Origin: the human T2T-CHM13v2.0 reference genome, Homo sapiens
NCBI RefSeq assembly: GCF_009914755.1
Contig: NC_060928.1
Reading direction: 5' to 3' (one strand)
Length of the DNA: 64,000 nt
Shown here: positions 54,501-64,000 of the stretch, in pieces
How the letters are laid out: each line of letters begins with the position of its first letter
Position numbering within the stretch: the first letter of the stretch is position 1
Notes under the pieces: model-generated
Seen by the model: the letters and a program-made list of their open reading frames with translations, nothing else
Database searches by the model: none
Told to the model about the DNA's origin: nothing
Position numbers and translations under genes: made by a program

Positions 54501-55014
54501 GCTCCTCTGTTAGAAATGTTTTGTTTTTGTTTTCTTTGATGTTTGAGCTTTGCTACAATGAGTTCAAATCCTCTTGGATGGTTTTCTTCTAAAGATAGAA
54601 TGTAGCCCATCACGACAAAGTAATTATTAATCTAAAAATATTGTACTTAAAATATATGCAGGTAAACTGCACTGCTTTAGATTTTTAAATCATATTAAAC
54701 AATTCAATGCAGTTTATAAAGATTTCATTAAATTTATATTTATGTGAGTACATAGCATGTGTCAGGATTCTTTTATAGTAACTAAATAAATTTTAAATCA
54801 GTGTGATTTGCTGCACATACACACATTTTAGAGAAATAAATTTTTAAAAATACTTACGGATATGTGATTTTAAAATAACTAGTTCTGCATGTTTATCTTT
54901 GTCAAACAACTGAATAGTTCAGTGCTAAATAAAAAGCTCAGATTATTTTAACCTGTTTTGTCAAAACAACCAATATAAATGATCCATTAAATACAACTGT
55001 TAAAAAAAATTACA

Positions 55015-55301
<287 letters not shown>

Positions 55302-55304
55302 TCA

Positions 55305-55647
<343 letters not shown>

Positions 55648-57689
55648 TGGAGTCATGATGATTAATTATTATGACTAATAGCTTTGGAAACCAAAGCAAA
55701 TTGTTCAGGAAATTATCAGGTACGCTGCACTGTAAAAATTAAATTCAGACCAATGAAATTCTCACTCTTTCTTTCCCTTTGGTTTCTTCATTTTCCTAAA
55801 TATAGTTGCCATGATAATGACTCAGATTCTGCTTTATATTTGATATGATTATATATATTAATGACTCATTTTGACATGTCTAAATCTATTGAATCTCAAT
55901 ATCATCTACATTTGCTTGCTAAAACTGTATAAACTATCTTGGGCTATGAAAATTTTGGCTACAATTTCATAATTTTTAATAAATCAATCTTCTAATTCAT
56001 ATCAACATTTTCAGATTTCTATATTTACTTATTAATATCATTGATACTTTAATTATGATTGCATTTTATAAATTTTATATGAATAAAATTAGATAACTGC
56101 AGCTATCAAAATTTTATTTCTAAACTTTTTTTTTAGTATAATTTAGGAGCATATACATTCCTTTTAGATGTCAACTAGAATTAAATGCAAAGGTCAGGGA
56201 AGACATAATGGAATAACTTCCAGGTATATTCATCTCTCTGTGTGTGTATGTGTATGTGTGTGTATGTTCTGTATATTTTTTCCAAGAGGTAAATATGCTT
56301 AATTAGTTAATTTAATTTAAATTTAATGTAAATTTTTAAAATACAGTGATTTAATAATCTGTTTATCTGAATTTATATGCTCATTTTAAAAAGTAAACTT
56401 GAAACATGCTATCTGTTAATAATATCTTTAGTTCTATTTGTTGAAAGTCTGGTATTCTTTTATTCCTTTTTTAAAAAAAAGATTTAACAAGATGAATAGA
56501 GAGTAAAAAGGAAGCATGTCTTTTCCCCTTTGCTCATGCAATTATCCAGGAGAATTCAATGCCCACAGATCTGTAGAGTGCTGAGCCATCCGTATTTTTG
56601 TCTTTCATGCCAGATCAATTACATAAGCCAGCATAACATAAGCTCCCACGGAATTAGCCAAGTTCTTCAAAAGTTGCACGTTTCTCTATACAGAGTAGTG
56701 GATTAAGTTTGAAGCCACTCTGGTCTTCCTCCTGGATTTGTCATTCTTGCACTTTGTGTGATCCAGGTCAAATCACAATGTATGCCTACTTGAGCATTTA
56801 CAGCTGTGGAGAGGAACTGCTCTTATAGATACTTTACACACTACATGAACATTTTGAGGTGAAGATAAATGAAGGTCAGCACATATCTTTGCAACATATT
56901 ATTTAACAGGAGAGTAATACTTCTGATAAAAGTTATTTACATAAACTGTTTCTATCCTATATTTAGATACAATAAAAAAGGAGAATCTTGTTTACTAACT
57001 ATCAAATTTGAGTCTACAAGTGACTTTTGTGAAACATATTAACATTATTAAAAAGATAATAGGCTTTACCTATTTTTTGATGGTTGGATAGAAACCCGTA
57101 TTGATTTTTTTGGCCAGGTATTAAGTTAACAATTTAAGTATTGAATACCATATTTTTCTGTTTTTCTTATTTTAAGAAAAGTTAGAATCACTTGTATAAT
57201 TTTCCCATAGTCTCCATAGGTGGTGAGTTATAAAGGGTGGAATTAAAACCCAACACTTTCTAAATTGTGCACTTACCCCCAAAATGACTACTTTGGGTTG
57301 ATTGAACTTGGACAGACTTTGTTCCTTCCCCAATGAAATGCATTCTTACCCCATTCTGTAGAATATAAAATTACAGATAGATTTACAAGGTCTATCTGAC
57401 ACATAATTCAGTAATATGTGTCTTTCACATTTCACGAATAACTTCATATTTATCATCATGAATATACATTTTAAAGTAGCAAAACAACATTTTTCAAAAT
57501 TTTTTCTCTTTCTATATTGGGTATCTGTTGATTTTCATCTTTATCACGGGGCCTATTTGTTGCCAAAACTGCCTAATAATATCAAATAGAGGCTGTACGC
57601 TGCTATTAGACATGTTAATATTAAGTTAAAACAAGATAATCGTTAAGTAAATAAGGTTAATTAGCAGTCTCCCTTCTATACCCATTTTA

Positions 57690-58150
57690 TGTGCTTTCTG
57701 TCATTTCCATAGCTTGCAGAATAAAATCTCATCTCTTCAGTATCATATATTAATAATCTAGAGTTTCTCTTTCTTTCCATCTTTATGTCTGCCACCTTCT
57801 ACTTTGTAATATAATCTAATAAGCCTAAACTACATATGCTTTCTCAAATATTCTAACCGGGTTTCTATTTGCTGATTCAATTTGCCTCACTGGTGTATCT
57901 TTCCCTCTCCACTCACTTTCTTCAATTGTAAGACATCAGCTCCTCCAGGATGCTAACTTGGCCTCTTAGACTGAGACAGGTGTCCTTCTATCCTCCTTCT
58001 TAATATCTCTTTTAACACTGTATTAAATTCATATCCTTATTTGTCTCTAATACTGGAATATAGACTTTGTATGGATTATATCCTCCTGATATAATCCTAT
58101 ACTTAGTACCTACCTAGTAAGTAACTCTAAATGGAAATGAGTTGATTGGC
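57690..58150 (+). mobile_element. L2 3' fragment
   Basis: Pyrimidine-rich catagcttgcagaataaaatctcatctcttcag...catcagctcctccaggatgct...tagtacctacctagtaagtaactc. Confidence 0.55.
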
Positions 58151-58270
58151 TGTGAGACTTTAGTCTAATGAATGCCTTTCAGCAAAAGGAATGAAAATAA
58201 ATAGACTGTTACAAAATCATAATTAGCCAAAAAAAGTTCTATTAAGTAAATAGTCTTGTAAAAATTTTTT

Positions 58271-58579
<309 letters not shown>

Positions 58580-59142
58580 CTTGTAAAAATTTTTTAACAA
58601 AAAATACTAAAATATATGTTATTAATGTGGATGTCTGCGTGTGAATACATCATAGACATGGTAATGCCTTTCTGATGATTTATTGTTGGTATTCTGTCAC
58701 TTAATACATGTGCATTCTGTAGATTTTTATTACATGTGAGCTTGAGTTGGTTGTTTTGTTCTTAATTTTCTCTGTCCAGCAACTTACAGATACCTAATGA
58801 AATAAGTGTCTCCTACATCAATCCTTCACTTAGCAACCTTGGCCAGAATGGGCTTACTATCATTTAAATATATAAGAGGAATAAGAAGAAAAGAGCATTC
58901 ACTGTCCTTTTAAAGACTTAATAAAATGATACGTTTCACTGCTACTCATATTTCATTTGCCAGGATTTGGTAATCTCACCCTTCAAAGGATGTTTGAAAA
59001 TATTATATTTAAATGGAAAATAATTTTTATGTCATGAATGAAGGCAATAGCACATGCTAGGCATCTACAAGCAGATATAACTAGTAGTGTTACAGTACAC
59101 AGCAAATACTGACTGGTCAACATTGGTATCAATATGACTTAT

Positions 59143-59805
59143 TGTATCACTATTCTATTGCAGCCTAACAAGTTACCACAGTATTTGGGGCCACAAACAA
59201 AACAAATTCATTACTCCATAGCCTCTGTGGTCCAAGAGTCTAGCACAGATCAGCTGGGTTTTCTGCTTGGGATCTTAAAACTATAAAATTGAGGTGTCAG
59301 CCAGCTTCTAGTGCTCTCACTAGGAAGCTCAGCTAGGGAAGGATCCAACAGCTAAGTTTCCTCAGATTGTTGGCCAAATTCATTTTCTGGCTGCCAGAGG
59401 ACTGAGGTCCCATTTTTTTTGCTAGCTGTTGCCCTGGGAATGTTCTCAGTTTCCAGGGGTTACTCTTGGGTCATTGCCAAATGGCCCTCTTCGTAACATA
59501 GCAGGTTTCTTCTTCATGGTCAGCAGGAGGTCATCTAGTGCTGACGCTTACATCTTTTAAGAGCTCACATAATTAAGTTAGGCCTACTCAGAATAATCTC
59601 TCTTTCAGTTAAGTCTAAACCAAAAGATTCAGGACATAAATTAATTACACACACAAAATTACTTTCCCCTATAAGGTAACATAATCACAAGAGTGATATC
59701 CCATTATAGTCACAGGTCAGCCTGCCCCCAAAGGAAGAGGATTCCAAGGCATACACACCATGTGGTGGGAATCTTGACAACCATGTTAGAATCCTGCCTA
59801 CTCCG
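59143..59805 (-). mobile_element. MLT1 (E-like) MaLR solo LTR
   Basis: tgtatca..ctattgcagcctaacaagttaccaca...ttgttggccaaattcattttct..ggactgaggtccc...aggcctactcagaataatctc...ccatgttagaatcctgcctac. Confidence 0.85.
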
Positions 59806-60587
59806 CTTCTATTAAAGCTTTCCCATTGGTATGCAACATATAAGAGATGAAGCCAAAGTTTTCCAATATGGAGGAAAATCTTATTTATTTTCAATAAATG
59901 TTAAGGAAACTATGTTTTTATGATGCTCATCTATTTTTTAAATTTAACATTTTTGCATACATTCAATTATTTATGTATGTGCTAGTCTCAAAAAATGCAC
60001 TTCTGTTCAAACACTTTAAATGGCTCTGAAGCTGATAATCATGTGGAATGTCCTCTTTTCACACAATGAAACATTTCAAAAGGAATAACAGATTAGGTAC
60101 ATTAAAATCTTGAATTGTGCATGTGTGTTTTCTAACTCCAAAGCAATGGCTACAGTTTAATGTATTTTTTTATGTCAACTGAATATAAATAAAGTGTTGA
60201 TGTCTCATTTCAAACATCAAAAGGAAACTCAGTGAATATTTCAAAGTTTCAACCTCTAATATTTGTTAATTCTAAAAATAGTTCCATCTTTATCTCCTTC
60301 TCCAGAAATTGAAGAGATGTGGTAATGATAAGATATAAAATGCAAGTTATTATTAAAGTGTTCACCTATATGAACAACCTTATGGATATGGATTTCATTT
60401 TATAAAATAAATAAATCAATAAAGTGTTCACCTAGGTAAAAGAACCCCACTGAAATTTAAGCAATAGTAATTTCAGCTCAAATATAGAAAACAGTACAGA
60501 CACAAAGGAAACCCTCTATTTTACAGTTCAGAAAGAACGATGATGTCTGCCTCTAGCTTGGATCACTACATTGTACTGTATAATGCC

Positions 60588-61344
60588 TGTTACAGTAGGT
60601 AGCTAGTCAGACATAAACAGGGGAGGAGAAGCCCCCCACCAACAACAACCAGGAAAGTCAGGCGACCATCAAGTGATGGTCATGTGGTTTGTTAACTGTC
60701 TCTCTAAAATACTATTGGGTTGCAGCCACTGCCAGGGAAAGGCAGCCTCCCAATAGATAGGAAAAACCTGAAACTGGTGATCAGTAGCTTCCCAATATGA
60801 TCTCAGGAGTTGGGCAAGTGGGCTCACATATGCACATTAAGAGAAAAAATGGCAGAGTTTATCTGATATACAACCTCCTAGGGACATTTGGCTGGTAAGG
60901 GAAGAATACCTCAAGTGAGCATGCATATAACTCCAGTAAACACACTGTGCATGCTCATCTCCCAAGTGCTAGCAGGCCACTGTGCATATGGACAGCCCAC
61001 CCCAAGGGAAGAATCAGGGGAGAAGGGACGCAAAACCCCAGAAGTATGTCAACATATGAAACCCCAAGTCAAAAGGTCAAAGTTTACACTTGTCCTTCAA
61101 GTCACCCACTTGGCCCTCTTCCAAGTATACCTTCCTTCCTTTTGTTCCTGCACTAAAGCTTTGTAACAAATTTTCACCCCTGCTCGAAAACTTGCCTCAG
61201 TCTTCCTTTCTGTTTTATTCTCCTCCATTGAATTCTTTCTTCTGAGGAGGCAAGAATTGAGATTGCTGCAGCCAGACCTGCGTGGATCCGCCACTGGTAA
61301 CGTATTTTGATGCCGTGTGACTCAGATAATTCCCACCATTAACA
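60588..61344 (+). mobile_element. MER50 (ERV1/MER4 group) solo LTR
   Basis: TGTTACAGTAGGTAGCTAGTCAGACAT start, ..tctgaggaggcaagaattgag..ttaACA end. 4-bp TSD TGCC/TGTC. Confidence 0.88.
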
Positions 61345-61634
61345 TGTCCAAGGAAGATGCATTAATGCTCTCTAAGAGAAGTGAATTGGGTGATCACAAG
61401 GATATTTCCTGTGACTATATACAGAAGTGGCTCTGGTCACACTGATTTGTAATGCAAACAGCCACTTTAGGTCAAATTGGAGTACAATGGTGCTAAATAT
61501 GTTAAATTTAGCCAGTTAATATGACTTATGGACTAGATATTCTGAGCACAGAGCATCCAATGCTGAGTTAATTCTGCCTAACCAGACTTTGTGGAGAAGA
61601 CTTAGACAGTCTGATCATGAGGTTAGAAATATCA

Positions 61635-61830
61635 AATAAGCAGCATTTATTGAGCATTTGTTATAAGCCAGGAATATATTAGTGCTTTTCATCCATTGAT
61701 ACCTTAATCCACAAAATCCCATAAGGATTGTAGTGTTACTTTCCTCATTTTGTGGGTAAGGGTTGCAATGTAACAAAATATCATTTAGTTAGTGTTAGAG
61801 TTGGTGTTTGAACTGTGTATCATCTCCTTT
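61635..61830 (-). mobile_element. MIR
   Basis: catttattgagcatttgttataagccagg...ttaatccacaaaatcccataag...ctcattttgtgggtaagg...agttagtg..agagttggtgtttgaac. Confidence 0.65.
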
Positions 61831-62850
61831 TCATAAGGAGATGATGACCTACTACAGTAAGCACATTGGTGAGAAGCAACTAATAAGGCAAAGTTCAGGT
61901 ATAACGTTTAATTCCAGTGAACAGGAAAAATCCCTATGCATATATTCCCTACTGGGATCAATTTTCCTTCAGTCAGATATAGAGGAAAACTTAAGCATCA
62001 TGGGGGCTTCATCACTTTCCCCATTTAGCACATAGATTGAGGATCACAACAGATTTTGCTTCAGTTGGATCAGAACAGATCCCTAAACCTTGGAAAAAGT
62101 AATACCTCCATAGCGTGTGTTTGGTCTGTTCTGAATTGCGTATTCAATGTTGGGTCTTATCTTTTGGAGTTTCTTTTGACTGTGTTGGAGTTGCCTACCA
62201 ACTTTCCTACACCTTCCTTCCATATTGGCCTTGTGTGAAACAGTATTCCAATTTGCTGTGGAATAGTCAGTGTGGTGCTGTATTGTTTTGTTGTTGTTGT
62301 TGTTCGGATATTTGAGAAATCTAGCAAACCTCACAGAGTATATCTATATAAGGCTTTTATTTAAAGGTAAAACATACAGAGCAGCAATAGAAGTAGAATT
62401 CAGGAAAGCATCAAAAGGCTGAGAGATAATCTTTACACACCTGAATTGTGCTGAAGCTCTGGCTGAACTTCCAAGTCTGTGTCAGGAATCTTGGCTTCAG
62501 GACACATCTTGGAAAAGCTTTCAGTAGTTAAGTGGTCAAGCCAGGCTTGTCAAAGCATTTGAGCCAGTTGCAAACCAGTAAAGAAACTAGCCCTGGTGGG
62601 GCAGGATTGCCAGGAGAATTTCTGAGGTGAAACAGCACACTGTAAATTCTTCTGCCTTTATCTTGGGTAAAAGTCACACAAACAGGCATCTAGGTATCTC
62701 CAGAGATAGAGAGAGCTTTAGCTTTACCACTTCAGTTGTAAATCAGCTATTCTAAGGCACTCAGACCAATATTCTGGAGCTATTTTATATATACCACTAG
62801 TAAAGTTGTCCTGCATTGGAGAAGTTGTTTAAATTCAATAATCTGTACTT

Positions 62851-63008
62851 TGTTTTTATTATTTTTTAATTTATGTTTTTATTTTTAAATTTCTTATAGA
62901 GAAAGGGTCTTGCTAGGTTGTCCAGGCTTGTCTCCTGGCCGCAAGCAATACTGGTGCCTCAGCCTCCAAAAGCACTAGAGTTACAGGTTTCAGCCACTGT
63001 GCTCAGCC
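62851..63008 (-). mobile_element. FLAM (free left Alu monomer)
   Basis: tagagaaagggtcttgctaggttgtccaggct..gcctcagcctccaaaagcactagagttacagg..agccactgtgctcagcc; a single monomer with a T-rich head. Confidence 0.8.
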
Positions 63009-64000
63009 TGCTCTACTTTAAATACCCATGAGAATTCTAAGACTGAGCCTAGAAAAACCTTGGATCACCTAGTTAACAGTGACATATAAACATGTGAACA
63101 GTTCTTGTGAATCTTATGGACCAAATTGATATTGGCTTACTATATTTTATATATGGATCACATATGTACACTCTACTACGGTTCTAAAATGCCACACGTA
63201 ATCTCAAGGTTTTATAGGCCAATTAGACATTTATCCAATCCTAGTTAAGCATAAGAGCCAGAAATACTGTCTTTAAAGACACGTCAGAAGAAACATTTGG
63301 CTAAAATTCTGAATACACCTTTTCACTTTCCAAGAAGAATTTCAGAATTAAGTCCAATTATTTAATGTGCCATCAAATTCTTGTTTTGTGTATATTGTCC
63401 TTCCATTATAAACTTTAAACCTAATGTTAGTGAAATTGTTTTGTGTTCATGTTGGCCAAAAGCCAGTACAACTCTACAACTCAACAGGAAATATTCAGAA
63501 GCAGTCTAAATTATTAATTTTTCTCATAATGTGAGGTTAATACTACCTGGTGCAATGAATAATCTCATTGCTAATTTGAATAAGATTAAGTTTTAGATCA
63601 GTCTTCACTAGATATTAATAAGCTGACATTTAAATCAGGGTTCAAAAACATCAAAGAAGGGAGTTACAAATGTGGAAAGGGGAAGAGCTAGAATAAACTC
63701 TGTGGTGTCTGATTTGCTTTGAATGGATCATTTACAAACTTGTAGGCTTTAAATATAATTGGTAGATGTCACTAGCTATATCTGCTAAGAGCATATAGAA
63801 AAAAAGGAACTGTGATAACGATGGGCATACTTAGCCAACAGATCTTGGTTTGTATGTCCCATTCTCCAGGGCTCCTTGGAGAAAGGGTTGACATGAAACG
63901 TGCACAAATATAAATTTATTTTATAAAGGGAGAAATAAAGGATTGGAGAGGTTGTGTCAGTTACACAAAGTTACAGGCATAAGTAAGTGTCAAGGAGAGC

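Noticed and set aside
63850-64000. Possible old ERVL LTR end at the window edge
   Set aside because: Too short and degenerate to assign.

Overview
This is AT-rich, CpG-depleted primate (almost certainly human) non-coding genomic DNA, either intergenic or deep intronic. I find no recognisable host protein-coding exon, RNA gene or CpG island. The longer ORFs in the track are translations of Alu, L1, THE1/MaLR or ERVL sequence, or chance AT-rich frames. The window is a layered transposon record. It has about a dozen Alus (J/S/Y) and a FLAM. It has a ~3 kb twin-primed (5'-inverted) L1PB-like element carrying a nested L1PA 3' end and an Alu, plus a ~1 kb L1PA7/8 3' end. LTR elements include a full-length THE1A provirus with 5-bp TSDs; solo THE1A, THE1D, LTR7 (HERV-H), MER50, LTR16 and MLT1 LTRs; and an ERVL gag relic attached to an LTR16. 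DNA transposons include Tigger3, MER58, MER3, MER63 and a half MADE1, and there are many L2, MIR and L1M remnants. The most notable observations are a J/Y chimeric Alu, the L1 inversion, unequal retention of the DUX4 motif in the two THE1A LTRs, the solo LTR7 next to a (TG)n 3'-splice-site-like tract, a tRNA-His PBS inside the MER50 LTR boundary, and a 51-bp orphan segment flanked by TSD-like repeats. I do not see evidence for a new multi-gene biological system. Repeat subfamily calls come from remembered consensus sequences and need RepeatMasker/Dfam confirmation.
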